A stretch of DNA of 64,000 bases from an uncultured bacterium (GCA_943787795.1 CALSNU010000004.1:320001-384000), one strand, 5' to 3'. Positions 9,506 to 19,924 are shown, counted from the first letter of the stretch. The notes: generated by a model from the letters alone, not told the origin. Translations and numbers: made by a program.

Positions 9506-10279
9506 ATGGACTTCCTCCTCGAATGCATCGGTTTCCCGCCATCGGTCACCGAGGACGAGATCGTCGCCCTCGCACGTGAACGTGGAGAGCCGACGCCGTG
9601 GCGGGGAAGCGCCGATGACCATCGGATGCTCCCCCTCGGCGGTGGGCTTCAGGTCCGTGCCGATAGAGATACTGCGCGCGGGTACTGGACCCTGGCGCCG
9701 TTCTACGACGTCCCCCATCGCCTGAGGCTCTCGGTGGAGACGGTCGTCAGGCCCCCGGAGTCCCCGCACGACGCGCTGCTCACCGGATGGGCTGCTCCCC
9801 CGCCGCCTTGGTCCGAAGAGACGGAGCCCGGCGCGTACCGTCTATCGGCCTGGATCTCCGACGCCAGGCGGCTGGGACGGCGCGTGGAGGCCGGAAGGGT
9901 CCTTGCCGTCTCCGTGGCCGGCTTCGCGCTGACCGTGGACCGAATCACCCCGCCAGAGCGCCTCCCGGGGGAGCGTGAGCCGGAGGCCTCGACCACCGCA
10001 GACATCCGACCGATCGGGGGCGCCGGGTCGCCGGGAGGGTGCTGTGACGTCTCCCTGCGCGTCCAGATGGTCCGACGCATCGCCAACGAGGTGACCGGTG
10101 AGCCGGTCGAGATGGTGGTCTGCGCAGCCCCGGAGCGACCCCTGGTGCTCTTCCTCTCACGCTGGCAACTCGAGCGTGACGGGCTGCCAGCGCCACGGGC
10201 CGGCTCGTGGATCGAGGGGACTTTCCTGATCAGCGGGCGCCTCTCCGGCGGGCTGCAGCCCGCCCGCCCCCGGCCCTGA
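9506..10279 (+). CDS. Hypothetical protein
   Basis: 257-aa ORF MDFLLECIGF with globular composition, divergent from the previous gene. Confidence 0.7.
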   Translation: MDFLLECIGFPPSVTEDEIVALARERGEPTPWRGSADDHRMLPLGGGLQVRADRDTARGYWTLAPFYDVPHRLRLSVETVVRPPESPHDALLTGWAAPPPPWSEETEPGAYRLSAWISDARRLGRRVEAGRVLAVSVAGFALTVDRITPPERLPGEREPEASTTADIRPIGGAGSPGGCCDVSLRVQMVRRIANEVTGEPVEMVVCAAPERPLVLFLSRWQLERDGLPAPRAGSWIEGTFLISGRLSGGLQPARPRP

Positions 10280-10398
10280 GCATCGAAGGGGCGACGAATA
10301 GTCCGGCTCCAACCCGCCCATGTGGCAAACTCCCCTGCGCCCGGGCGCTCCCCGCACGCTGCCCGAGGCCGTTCGTCCCGCATCCCCCCAGGAAGTTC

Positions 10399-12087
10399 AT
10401 GCGTCATCTCCTCCGCCTGACCCTCGTCGCCCTCGCTGTTGCCGGGCTGCTCTTCTCCCCTGCGACCGCCCAGGATGCCGCCCCCGAGGGCGAACTGCAG
10501 AGCGGGGCCGCGATGGAAGCTCCGCCGGAGAACCCGCCTACAGACGAGGCGCACGACTGGCAGGCCTCGATCGACCAGCGCATGAAGTCGGTGAACAAGG
10601 CGGTCGGGAGCGTCTTCTTCTTCCCGATCCCCGTGCCCGGTACGGTCAACACGGACGCGGAGGGAAACTCCGTCACGACCACGCTGCCCTTCATCGAGAG
10701 CGATGTCACCACGCTGACGATCCCCTTTGCGGTGCTGTGGCTGGTCCTCGGCGCGGTGTTCTTCACCTTCCGAATGGGCTTCGTTCAGTTCAAGCTCGTC
10801 TGGCACGCTATCCAGGTCACCCGCGGCAAGTACGACGACCCGGACGACGAGGGTGAGGTCTCCCACTTCGAGGCCCTCACCGCCGCCCTCTCCGCGACGG
10901 TCGGGCTCGGCAACATCGCCGGGGTGGCCATCGCCATCTCGATCGGCGGACCCGGCGCCACCTTCTGGATGATCCTCGCGGGCGTCCTGGGCATGGCCTC
11001 CAAGTTCACGGAGTGCTCCCTCGGCCAGATGTACCGCCACGAGCGCTCGGACGGCAGCGTCATGGGCGGCGCCATGTACTACCTCTCGGACGGGCTCCGC
11101 GACCGCGGCCCGTTCCTGGCCACCCTCGGCAAGGTCCTGGCGGTCATGTTCGCCATCCTCTGCATCGGCGGCTCCCTCGCGGGCGGCAACAGCTTCCAGG
11201 TCAATCAGTCCAAGGACGCCCTCGCCGAGGTGGTCCCCTTCCTGAAGGACAACGGCTGGGCCTATGGCGCGGTCATGACCCTCGCAGCGGGCGGCGTCAT
11301 CCTCGGCGGCCTGCGGCGCATCGCCGACGTGGCCTCGAAGATCGTCCCCGCCATGTGCGGCCTCTACGTCGCCGCCTGCCTGTTCGTGATCCTCTCCAAC
11401 GCCGACCAGGTGGTCGGCGCCTTCGGGACGATCATCGAGGGCGCGTTCAACCCCCAGGCAGGGCTCGGCGGCATCGTCGGCGTCCTGATCGTCGGCTTCA
11501 AGCGCGCCGCCTTCTCCAACGAGGCGGGCGTCGGCTCGGCGGCCATCGCGCACTCGGCGGCCAAGTCCCACTACGCCGTCCGCGAGGGCATCGTCGCGCT
11601 GCTCGAGCCCCTGATCGACACGGTCATCGTCTGCACCATGACCGCGCTCGTCATCGTGATCACCGGCGCGTACGTCGCGGTGGACCCGGTCACCGGGACG
11701 GAGACGGTCTTCAACGAGTACATCGCCGGCGGCAACGGCGCCGGGCTGACCTCGATGGCCTTCTCCACGGTCATCCCCTGGTTCAAGTACGTGCTCGCCG
11801 TCGCGGTCGTCCTCTTCGCCTTCTCCACGATGATCTCGTGGTCGTACTACGGCGAGCGCTGCTTCTCGTGGCTCTTCGGTGATGGCTACAGCATCGTCTA
11901 CAAGGTGCTGTTCCTCTCCTTCAGCTTCCTCGGGTCGGTCATCACGGCGACCGCGGTCCTCGACTTCGGTGACCTGATGATCCTCGGCATGGCCATCCCG
12001 AACGTGCTCGGCGTCTTCCTGCTGAGCGGGAAGGTCAAGGTGAAGCTCGACGAGTACATGGAGCTCAAGCGCTCCGGCCAGATGTGA
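10399..12087 (+). CDS. Alanine/glycine:cation symporter (AGCS family)
   Basis: ATVGLGNIAGVA, GGPGATFWM, GGAMYY, RAAFSNEAGVGSAAIAH, LEPLIDT. Confidence 0.95.
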   Translation: MRHLLRLTLVALAVAGLLFSPATAQDAAPEGELQSGAAMEAPPENPPTDEAHDWQASIDQRMKSVNKAVGSVFFFPIPVPGTVNTDAEGNSVTTTLPFIESDVTTLTIPFAVLWLVLGAVFFTFRMGFVQFKLVWHAIQVTRGKYDDPDDEGEVSHFEALTAALSATVGLGNIAGVAIAISIGGPGATFWMILAGVLGMASKFTECSLGQMYRHERSDGSVMGGAMYYLSDGLRDRGPFLATLGKVLAVMFAILCIGGSLAGGNSFQVNQSKDALAEVVPFLKDNGWAYGAVMTLAAGGVILGGLRRIADVASKIVPAMCGLYVAACLFVILSNADQVVGAFGTIIEGAFNPQAGLGGIVGVLIVGFKRAAFSNEAGVGSAAIAHSAAKSHYAVREGIVALLEPLIDTVIVCTMTALVIVITGAYVAVDPVTGTETVFNEYIAGGNGAGLTSMAFSTVIPWFKYVLAVAVVLFAFSTMISWSYYGERCFSWLFGDGYSIVYKVLFLSFSFLGSVITATAVLDFGDLMILGMAIPNVLGVFLLSGKVKVKLDEYMELKRSGQM

Positions 12088-12274
12088 GTGGAGCGGGACC
12101 GGACGGGGGCCTCCTGGCCCCGCCGGCCCCTCATCCTCCTCCCTCGAGAGTTGAGCCACCGCCCATGGCTCGGCCTCTCTTCCCGGTCGGCGGGGCCCTC
12201 CCCGGTCGGCTGGCTCATCCGGCTCGGCCCTCCAGAACAGGTGCCTCCGCTCGGCCGGATGACCCGGCTCCTCA

Positions 12275-12325
12275 GCCCTGGCCTCAGCGGAGCCCTGGCC
12301 TCAGCGGAGACCTGGCCTCAGCGGG
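12275..12325. repeat. Intergenic 17-nt tandem repeat x3
   Basis: GCCCTGGCCTCAGCGGA units. Confidence 0.85.
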
Positions 12326-12462
12326 GCTCTGGTCCAGGCCGAGCCCCCGCGATGGCCCCCGTGATAGCCCCAGGACCGTCCCGGTGCCCCGATCGGAGTG
12401 ATGGCTCGGGATTTATGCTCGGTGCCATCCAACGAAGCCCGTCCACGTCCGATAGATCCCCC

Positions 12463-13521
12463 ATGAAGCTCTCTTCGCTGATCCTGCCCCTCGCGATCTC
12501 CGGGCTCGCTGCGGCCTCGGCTGGAGCCACCCTGGTTCAGGAAGGCCGGGGCTCGCGGAGCCAATCCGCGGCGCGTCAGACCCCGAGACGCACGCCTGCT
12601 GCGCGCAGTGCCCCTGCACGCAGTGCCCCTGCACGCAGTGCTCAAGAACGAAGCGCGACGGAGCGCAGCGTCACGGAGCGCGGACCGGCAGGAGGCAGGA
12701 CCAGCGGCGACGGGGCCGCGGACGCCGTCCCCGCGGACGACGGCGTCGTCCAGCGAGCCATCGGCGCCCTCCCGCCCCAAACGCAGCGCCAGTACTTCTC
12801 CATGGCCGACGCGAACGGGTCGGGGTGGATCTCATTCTCTGAGGCCGACGCGACCATGCGCTTCGATGCCGCGCGCTACCGCATCTTCGACACGGACAAC
12901 GACGGCCGCCTCACCCTCGCGGAGTTCAGCGAGTTCGTGAACATCGAGGCCACCGCCGGGCGGATCGTCGGGGAGCCGAACGTGCCTGCGGGCATGGTCA
13001 AGCCGCCGGCCCGCAACGCGGAGCAGCTCCGGACCGCCTATGACATCGACCTGGACGGCGCGATCAGCGCCCTCGAGCTGGAGCGACTCCTGATCGACTA
13101 CCAGGGGAGCTCCCCCGACAGGCTCGACTCGGCGACAACCCTGGATCGCCACGACTCTGATGGATCGGGCCTCTTGGAGCCCGATGAGCTCGATCGGATT
13201 GCGACCCTGCTCAACCCCCGCCAGGTGGGTGAGCGCCCGGCCGAGATGGAGCCTGCCGGGCGATCGGTGATCGACATGTTCGGGCGCCCGATCGAGCGGG
13301 GGGAGAGCCTCCCGCCTCGGATCAAGGGCCCGGTCCCGCCGTTCCACCGTCTCGACCTCGACCGCGATGGTTTCGTCAGCCTCCGGGACCTGGAACGGCT
13401 GGAGGGGACGACCTTCGCGCCCGTGCGGCTCTCGAGCGTGCTCGCGACCCTTGACCTCGACGGAGACGGACGGATGAGCGAATCAGAGTTCGTCTCCTCG
13501 ATGTCTGCGCCGACCAGGTAG
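12463..13521 (+). CDS. Secreted multi-EF-hand protein
   Basis: Signal peptide; six loops DANGSGWISFSE, DTDNDGRLTLAE, DIDLDGAISALE, DSDGSGLLEPDE, DLDRDGFVSLRD, DLDGDGRMSESE. Confidence 0.85.
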   Translation: MKLSSLILPLAISGLAAASAGATLVQEGRGSRSQSAARQTPRRTPAARSAPARSAPARSAQERSATERSVTERGPAGGRTSGDGAADAVPADDGVVQRAIGALPPQTQRQYFSMADANGSGWISFSEADATMRFDAARYRIFDTDNDGRLTLAEFSEFVNIEATAGRIVGEPNVPAGMVKPPARNAEQLRTAYDIDLDGAISALELERLLIDYQGSSPDRLDSATTLDRHDSDGSGLLEPDELDRIATLLNPRQVGERPAEMEPAGRSVIDMFGRPIERGESLPPRIKGPVPPFHRLDLDRDGFVSLRDLERLEGTTFAPVRLSSVLATLDLDGDGRMSESEFVSSMSAPTR

Positions 13522-13583
13522 GGCCGACCAGGTAGGGCCGACCAGGTAGGGCCGACCAGGTAGGTCCGACCAGGTAGGGCCGA
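13509..13583. repeat. 14-nt tandem repeat x5 spanning the EF-hand gene stop codon
   Basis: GCCGACCAGGTAGG units, no spacers. Confidence 0.95.
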
Positions 13584-13726
13584 AGCGCGCCAAGGCGATC
13601 GCGCCGCCCCGCCGCCAGCGGCGTCCTCGGATCGTCATGGCCTGCGCCGGGTGAGATGGCAACCGCTGGCTAGGACGCCGGAGTCTGCCCTCTCGCTGGC
13701 TCCGGTCGCCCGCCCTTCCAGGGAGA

Positions 13727-15529
13727 TCACCCCTCGGGGTTCGCGGCGCCTTCAGGCGTCGGCGCCACCGGGACCACAAGCGGCTCAACCTCGGGCAGCG
13801 CCTCACCCGCGGTGAGCGCCTTCAGCCAGAAGCGCGCTCCACGGAACCACGCCTTCCAGAGCTCCTCCGCCTCAGGTCCTGCCTCCTCCCGAACGACGGC
13901 GTCGAGGCGCACGCGGCGCTCCAGGTTGAGCGTGTCGAGGTGTCGCTCGAGGTCGACCGGACGGGCGTCCGCCACGGCCAGGGCCGCGGCCCCGACGGCG
14001 ACTGCGGTGCGCCTGAGCTCGTCGGGGTCCACCATGTCCATCCGGTCGAGGCTCGTATGAAAGGTGAAGTCCGTGAAGTGCCAGAAGAGCGAGGAGGCGA
14101 CCCCCTCGACCAGAAAGCTCCCCTGGTCTCCCCCACCCTCCCAAGGGTGCTCACCGGTCGTCCATGCCTCTCCACCGCGCGCTAGCTCGGCGTAGCTCAC
14201 GTCGATCAGCGCCTCACGGCAGATGATCGACAGCCCGTGGGGCACGATCGAGCCGTCAGGCACGGTCATCCCTGTGCTCCACGGCGTGTGCTTGTCTGGC
14301 GGGAGCGGGAAGAGGCTCGCCGGATCCCACCCGCGCTCCAGGAGGCACATCGCACCGGTCTCATCGGCGTCAGCCGCGATCATGTCCGCGACAATCGCGG
14401 CGACCGGCGCTCCGCGGCTCTCCTCCATCGCCGTCACGCCCGCGCCCGTCTCGGTCCCGAAGACGAAGCAGATCGATCGGCGCGGCCGATCCAGGGCCCC
14501 TCCATCGATCAGGCGCTTCATCGACAGCGCGAGCTCGACCACGCCCGCGGCGCCTGCGGCGTTGTCATTGGCGCCGGCACCGTCCACGTGCCCGAGGATG
14601 AAGACGACCTCGTCCTTGAGCTCAGCGCCCTCGATCGTTGCGAGGACCGTTCGCAGCGGGCGCTCCTCCCGCCGCACCTCGGCCTCGAGCTTGACGCGAG
14701 TCCCCACCTGGGCCGCCGTCCGGAGCGAGGCGCCGATCCGCTGCGACACCTGGAAGCTCGGGATGGACGAGCCTGGCCTGACCTCGTCGTAGAAGACCGC
14801 GTCGTAGTCGCGCTTGTCCCCCGTTGGGTCCACGCAGTACGGGAAGACGTAGTCCGAGATGATCCCTATCGCGCCAGCCTCGGCGGCCGCCTGCTCGACC
14901 GCCTTCAGCGGGCGGTCGGTCAGCAGCACGCGGCCCGGCTCCAGCTGCTCAAGGCCGAGCCCGAGGGGCCCCTCCACGCTGCAGCTTGGCGCACCCAGCG
15001 GGAGCATGACCCGGTGGAGGTCGCGCTCGCGGTCAAAGCGCATGAGCTCCACCTCTCGACCGGACCCTGCACGGCGCTTCACGCCCCGCTTGCTGGCCTC
15101 CTGGATCGCACGGTCGCCGGCAACAGCGGCGAGCCTCGCCGAGACCGGGGTCCAGGCCGGGGCGCCCATCGAGCGCCTGGGGGTCGAGAGCTCGTAGCCC
15201 TCCGTCGCCCCGAAGCCCGCCCCATAGAGGGCGGCGAGGACGCGCTCGATGGACTCCTCGTAGCCCTCGCTCGCGGGTGCCCGATAGAAGCCGTCCAGGA
15301 AGGTCGCGACGCCCATGGCCGCCTCGGCGTCATACACGTCCAGCAGTCCGTGGACGAACCGCGCGCTGCCCGTCTGCCCCTGATCCACGGGGGGGCCGTC
15401 ATGGGCCCCGGCGACGGGTGAGCGCTGCTCGAACTTCTCGGGGAGCGGCGGCCCAGAGGAGGAGGCGCACCCCCCGAGGTAGACCGTCGGCGCGCCCGCA
15501 AGGAGACAGAGGACGGGGGTGAGCCTCAT
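13727..15529 (-). CDS. M28 family metallopeptidase, lipoprotein
   Basis: Lipobox LGGC; GHVDG, GANDNAAG, ADMI, FHTSLD. Confidence 0.85.
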   Translation of the reverse strand: MRLTPVLCLLAGAPTVYLGGCASSSGPPLPEKFEQRSPVAGAHDGPPVDQGQTGSARFVHGLLDVYDAEAAMGVATFLDGFYRAPASEGYEESIERVLAALYGAGFGATEGYELSTPRRSMGAPAWTPVSARLAAVAGDRAIQEASKRGVKRRAGSGREVELMRFDRERDLHRVMLPLGAPSCSVEGPLGLGLEQLEPGRVLLTDRPLKAVEQAAAEAGAIGIISDYVFPYCVDPTGDKRDYDAVFYDEVRPGSSIPSFQVSQRIGASLRTAAQVGTRVKLEAEVRREERPLRTVLATIEGAELKDEVVFILGHVDGAGANDNAAGAAGVVELALSMKRLIDGGALDRPRRSICFVFGTETGAGVTAMEESRGAPVAAIVADMIAADADETGAMCLLERGWDPASLFPLPPDKHTPWSTGMTVPDGSIVPHGLSIICREALIDVSYAELARGGEAWTTGEHPWEGGGDQGSFLVEGVASSLFWHFTDFTFHTSLDRMDMVDPDELRRTAVAVGAAALAVADARPVDLERHLDTLNLERRVRLDAVVREEAGPEAEELWKAWFRGARFWLKALTAGEALPEVEPLVVPVAPTPEGAANPEG

Positions 15530-16434
15530 CAGGCGTCCCCCGACTGCCCCAGGGGCCGCTCGAGCAACAGGCCGAGGCGGAGGCGGGCCTCCTCACTGAT
15601 GGCCGAGGGCGCCGTGAGGATCGCAGTCTGAAGCGCCGTATGGCAAGCGCAGGGGCCGAGCCCAGCCACCCTTGGCGCCGCCAACCGGACCGCCTCGCGG
15701 GCGTGCCCGACGTTCTTCGACATGACCTCGAGGATCGCCTCGACGGTCACGTCGTCGTGGAGCGGGTGCCAGCAGTCGTAGTCCGTGGACATGGCGAGCG
15801 TGGCGTAGCAGAGCTCCGCCTCCCGGGCGAGCTTCGCCTCCTGGAGGTTGGTCATGCCGATGACGTGAGCGCCGAGCCCGCGGTACATGTGCGATTCCTC
15901 GCGGGTGGAGAACTGCGGGCCCTCCATGCAGACGTAGGTCCCTCCGTCGTGAACCCTCACCCCGGCCTCCGCGGCGGCGTCATGCAGCACGCCGCGCACT
16001 CCGCCGCAGACCGGATCTCCAAACATGACGTGCGCCACGACCCCGCCCTCAAAGAAGGTGTCGGCCCGGTGGCGCGTCCGATCGATGAACTGATCCACGG
16101 CGACGAAGTCACCCGGAGGAATGTCCTCCCGGAGCGACCCCACGGCTCCGATGGCCAGGATGCGGTTCACACCCAGCCGCTTCATGCCCCAGATGTTCGC
16201 CCGGTAATTGATCTCCGACGGGTTGATCCGGTGGCCGCGCCCGTGCCTGGGGAGGAAGACCATGCGGACGCCGTCGAGGCATCCCACCACGAAGGCGTCG
16301 CTGGGGTCACCGAAGGGGGTGGAGAGCACCACCTCCTCGATCTCAGTGATGCCGTCGATTTCGTAGAGGCCGGAGCCGCCGATGACCCCGACAGCGGGCT
16401 CCTCGGCAACGGATTCAGAGGGGAGGTCAGACAT
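15529..16434 (-). CDS. mtnP: S-methyl-5'-thioadenosine phosphorylase
   Basis: GVIGGSGLY, TPFGDPS, RHGRGH, NYRANI, EGPQFST, GMTN, TDYDCWH. Confidence 0.96.
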   Translation of the reverse strand: MSDLPSESVAEEPAVGVIGGSGLYEIDGITEIEEVVLSTPFGDPSDAFVVGCLDGVRMVFLPRHGRGHRINPSEINYRANIWGMKRLGVNRILAIGAVGSLREDIPPGDFVAVDQFIDRTRHRADTFFEGGVVAHVMFGDPVCGGVRGVLHDAAAEAGVRVHDGGTYVCMEGPQFSTREESHMYRGLGAHVIGMTNLQEAKLAREAELCYATLAMSTDYDCWHPLHDDVTVEAILEVMSKNVGHAREAVRLAAPRVAGLGPCACHTALQTAILTAPSAISEEARLRLGLLLERPLGQSGDA

Positions 16435-16510
16435 GCGTCGGATCATACGACGCGGGCCGTCTCGACGTCATGAGCACTCTGTGCCTCGACCCCTCAAGGC
16501 CGCACAGACG

Positions 16511-18328
16511 TCAGCGACGACGGGCGCCGCCGCCGCGACGAGAGCCGCCTCTCCCACCGCCGCCGCGCGCCCCGCGCCTCGTGCCGCCGCCGCGTCGCCT
16601 GCCGCCACCGCGTCGGGTGCCGCCCTGGTCGCCTCCGCCGTGGTCTCCACCGTAGCCTCGACCTGAGCCGCCACCTGAGCCGCCGCCCCCGTACCCACCA
16701 TCGCCGCTCTCCCGACGAGTCCAGGATCCGCCTCCGGACTCCTCTCGGTCGCCCTGGCGCACAAACCCGCCGCTGCGACGAGCGCCGCGTCCGCCCCGCC
16801 GACTCCCGCCGCCGCGTCCGCTGCCCCGTCGACTTCCACCGCCGCCGCCGTAACCATCACCGCCAAAATCACCGCGGCCCTCTCGGCCGCCGTAGCCCTC
16901 GCCGTGGCCCTCGCCGTGGCCCTGGCCACGGCCCTCGCCGTAGCTCTCGCCACGGTCGTCACGGCTGAAGCCTCGACCCGCGCCGCGCCGGCCGCCCCGC
17001 CGCGAGCCTCGCCGGCCGCCACCACGGCGGCCACCGCCACCCCGGTCGTCTCCGTATCCCTGGCGCTCGTCCCTGCCCGTGAACCCGCGTCCACGGCCTC
17101 CCCGACGACTCCCCCTACGCGGCGCATCGTCCTCGTGGGCGTGGTGCCGTTCGACCCCGCGGCTCTCCGGCCCCACGAGGCGCCGCAGGACCATGGTCGC
17201 GTAAGCGCCCCTCGGGAGCCCAAAGGAGAGCCGCAGCATCTTCCGACCGCGGAACTCGTTGTCTTGCTCGGCAGGCCGGACCCGAAGGTCCATGGGCCGC
17301 ACGATCACGGGGCGCGGCTCTGGCTTCAGCTGGAAGCCAGGGACGTCGGGCAGCTGGAGGTCCTCTGGGCGCAGCTCCATCCCCTCGAGGACGCGCTCGA
17401 AGAGCGCTCTCTGCTCGGGATCCTCCACACCGTCGAGTCGCTCACCCGGCAGAACCAGCGACTCGTGCCAGTGCGCGGGCAGCGGGAGCTCTCCCTTGGG
17501 CAGCGACAGCCTCCCCTCGATGCCCGGAAGGCCGAAGCGATCGGCGCAGTGCTCGTCGATCCAAAGGGCGAGGGCCCGGTTCCAGAGGTGAGACTGGAAG
17601 GCGTACAGGTGGATCAGGCGCTCGCGTGTCCCCACCCGGCCGAAGGCGCCGGCGAAGTCGTCGCCGTAGCGCTTGAGATGCTCGAAGACCGAGTGGTAGC
17701 GGCCCAGCTTGCCCGCGATCGAACGGCACGCGGACCAGTTGCCCCAGCTGCGCCAGAGGGCGTCCTTGAGCCCCCTCTTGGCGGGCGGCTCGTAGGGTGA
17801 TGGGCTCGCGATGAGCCGCTGCAGGGCGCCGCTCACGTCACCCTGGACGAGGTCGAGGACGATCCACCCCTGTCCATGCCTGACGTTTCCGAAGCGCTGC
17901 TCATCGAAGTAGTTCGGCAGCCCGTGCTCACGGACGGGATCGAGGGCGTCACGAACCCTGTCGCAGTCCGCCCCGTCGAGGTCACGCACCACGATGCCGA
18001 ACTCGTTCCCGATGGAGGCGCTGGAGTCCAGCGGCGCCGCCGTCCACCCGACCGTCTGGATTCCCAGGGCCCTCTGCTGAACGCTGACCGAGGGGCCGCG
18101 CTCGATGCTCATGTACTGGGTCGTCACGCCCTGGCGGTCCTTGAGGCCCGCCATGGAGATGTCCGCCGGGGTCACGCCCACGAGGTTCGCCAGCTCGGTG
18201 GCGGCCTCCATCGAGGTCAGCTTCTCCTTGCGCACACGGTAGAGCCGATGCGGGCCGGAAGACTCGAGCACCTCGGGGAGGAGGCGTTCAGTGACCTTGA
18301 AATCTGTGGGGCGGACTTTGAGCTTCAC
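16511..18328 (-). CDS. truD: tRNA pseudouridine(13) synthase with long Gly/Arg-rich C-terminal tail
   Basis: DFKVTE, AGLKDRQGVTTQ, GNEF, PNYFDEQRFG, AFQSHLWN, FGLPRGAYAT. Confidence 0.92.
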   Translation of the reverse strand: MKLKVRPTDFKVTERLLPEVLESSGPHRLYRVRKEKLTSMEAATELANLVGVTPADISMAGLKDRQGVTTQYMSIERGPSVSVQQRALGIQTVGWTAAPLDSSASIGNEFGIVVRDLDGADCDRVRDALDPVREHGLPNYFDEQRFGNVRHGQGWIVLDLVQGDVSGALQRLIASPSPYEPPAKRGLKDALWRSWGNWSACRSIAGKLGRYHSVFEHLKRYGDDFAGAFGRVGTRERLIHLYAFQSHLWNRALALWIDEHCADRFGLPGIEGRLSLPKGELPLPAHWHESLVLPGERLDGVEDPEQRALFERVLEGMELRPEDLQLPDVPGFQLKPEPRPVIVRPMDLRVRPAEQDNEFRGRKMLRLSFGLPRGAYATMVLRRLVGPESRGVERHHAHEDDAPRRGSRRGGRGRGFTGRDERQGYGDDRGGGGRRGGGRRGSRRGGRRGAGRGFSRDDRGESYGEGRGQGHGEGHGEGYGGREGRGDFGGDGYGGGGGSRRGSGRGGGSRRGGRGARRSGGFVRQGDREESGGGSWTRRESGDGGYGGGGSGGGSGRGYGGDHGGGDQGGTRRGGGRRRGGGTRRGARGGGGRGGSRRGGGARRR

Positions 18329-18336
18329 GGGCGCGA

Positions 18337-19338
18337 TCAGTGGCGGGAGGGGCGGACCTTGCGCAGCTGCTTCAGGACACGCTCGAGGTCGCGCGGCACG
18401 GGGGCCACGATCTCGAGCGGTTCTGTCCGCGCGCCGAGGGGAGGCAGCACGACCTCGTGGGCGTGCAGCGTGAGACGATCGATCAGCGGGCGCTCGGGCA
18501 GGCCACGCTTGGGTCGGTAGCCGGCCTTGAACTCGGAGAGCTTGAACTCCGAGCGGCGACCGTAGAAGCGATCCACGACGAGGGGGAACCCGTCGTGGCT
18601 CAGGTGGACCCGGATCTGGTGCGTGCGTCCGGTGATCGGCTCGCAGCGCAGGAGGGTGTAGCCGTCGAACCGCTCGGCGATGCTCACCCGGGTCTTCGAG
18701 GGCTTGCCGTCGTTGGCGACCTGCATCCGGCCGCTCTTGCGCAAGACAGGGCCGATCGGGTGCTCGATCAGCATGGTCTCGCCGTCCGAGAGGTACGGCT
18801 CCCCCTCCACGAGCGCCAGATAGGACTTTCTGATGGTGCCCGCCTCGAAGGCCTGGCGCAGGGCGCGCTCGGCCTCCAGGTTCTTCGCGACGACGACCGC
18901 GCCCGTGGTGTCCTTGTCGATCCGGTGCACCAGCCGCGGGCGGAAGCTCAGCCCCCCGTCACCCGCATCCTCACGCTCCTCGACGATGTGCAGCAGGGCA
19001 CCCGCGAGGGACCCCAGCTCTCGCATCCATCGCTCCGGCTCGACCGCGAGGTTGTGGGGCTTGTTGACGATCAGCACGTCCTCGTCCTCATGGAGGACCG
19101 GGATCTCGACCCCGGGAGCCACCGGCCTCTTCGGAGCGCGCTCCCAGTCGATCGTGGCGATCACAACCTGGTTGGGCCGCAGGCGCTTGCCCGGGACCAC
19201 GTCCATTCCATCCAGGAGGATGTTGCCCGCGGCGATCTCCTGCCTCAGGAAACCCTTCGAGAGGCCGGGGTACTGCAGGCAGAGGAACTCGTCGAGCTCC
19301 AGCCCAGCCCGCTCGCCCGCGACGACGAACGTGTCCAT
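18337..19338 (-). CDS. rluD: RluA/RluD family pseudouridine synthase
   Basis: S4-like N terminus, NKP, VHRIDKDTTG, TGRTHQIRVH, LHA. Confidence 0.9.
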   Translation of the reverse strand: MDTFVVAGERAGLELDEFLCLQYPGLSKGFLRQEIAAGNILLDGMDVVPGKRLRPNQVVIATIDWERAPKRPVAPGVEIPVLHEDEDVLIVNKPHNLAVEPERWMRELGSLAGALLHIVEEREDAGDGGLSFRPRLVHRIDKDTTGAVVVAKNLEAERALRQAFEAGTIRKSYLALVEGEPYLSDGETMLIEHPIGPVLRKSGRMQVANDGKPSKTRVSIAERFDGYTLLRCEPITGRTHQIRVHLSHDGFPLVVDRFYGRRSEFKLSEFKAGYRPKRGLPERPLIDRLTLHAHEVVLPPLGARTEPLEIVAPVPRDLERVLKQLRKVRPSRH

Positions 19339-19342
19339 GGCT

Positions 19343-19924
19343 TCAGCTCGCCGTTGGGAGGGAAGAATCCGAGCCGCTGGCGGCCGCGTAGATCTCGGGC
19401 TTGAGGACGCCCACGTAGGGCAGGTTCCTGTAGCGGCCAGCGAAGTCGAGCCCGTAGCCCACCACGAAGAGGTCATCGACCTCATGCACCCGGAAGTCTG
19501 GGTCGAGGTCGACGCTACGGCGGCTCGGCTTGTCGAGGAACACGCACGTTCCGACCTCCGCCGCTCCCCGCTCGAGGAACTCGGCCTTGAGCCGACTCAT
19601 CGTCTTCCCGGTGTCAAGGATGTCGTCGACGAGCAGCAGGCGACGCCCTTCGATCTCTCCCGTGGGAAAAAAGCTGATCTCCAGCTCCCCGGAGGTCGTC
19701 CGATCGCCGTAAGACGACGCCGAGACGAAGGCGAGCTCGAGGGGGATCGGGATCCGGCGGATGAGGTCCGAGGCGAAGATACACGACCCCTTCAGGATCG
19801 AGACCACGGTCAGATCTCCTCCCTCGAAGCGCTCGGTGATCGCCGCGGCGACCCGCTCGATCCCCTCGACGATGGAGGCCTCGTCGAAGAGGACGCTGTC
19901 GATGTCTTGGTGCACGCTGGTCAT
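19343..19924 (-). CDS. hpt: Hypoxanthine phosphoribosyltransferase
   Basis: ILKGS, SSYG, LLVDDILDTGKT, FVVGYGLDF, YRNLPY. Confidence 0.96.
   Translation of the reverse strand: MTSVHQDIDSVLFDEASIVEGIERVAAAITERFEGGDLTVVSILKGSCIFASDLIRRIPIPLELAFVSASSYGDRTTSGELEISFFPTGEIEGRRLLLVDDILDTGKTMSRLKAEFLERGAAEVGTCVFLDKPSRRSVDLDPDFRVHEVDDLFVVGYGLDFAGRYRNLPYVGVLKPEIYAAASGSDSSLPTAS

Noticed and set aside
10280..10398. Glycine riboswitch upstream of the AGCS symporter
   Set aside because: No GGAGA / CCGAAG / CTCTCAGG motifs found.
9703..12159. Long antisense ORFs (also 2974..4812, 36549..37910, 48634..49917)
   Set aside because: Mirror frames of well-supported genes, expected at this GC content.
13509..13583. 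Possible CRISPR array
   Set aside because: Units are directly adjacent with no spacers and too short; no cas genes. The same applies to the other arrays.
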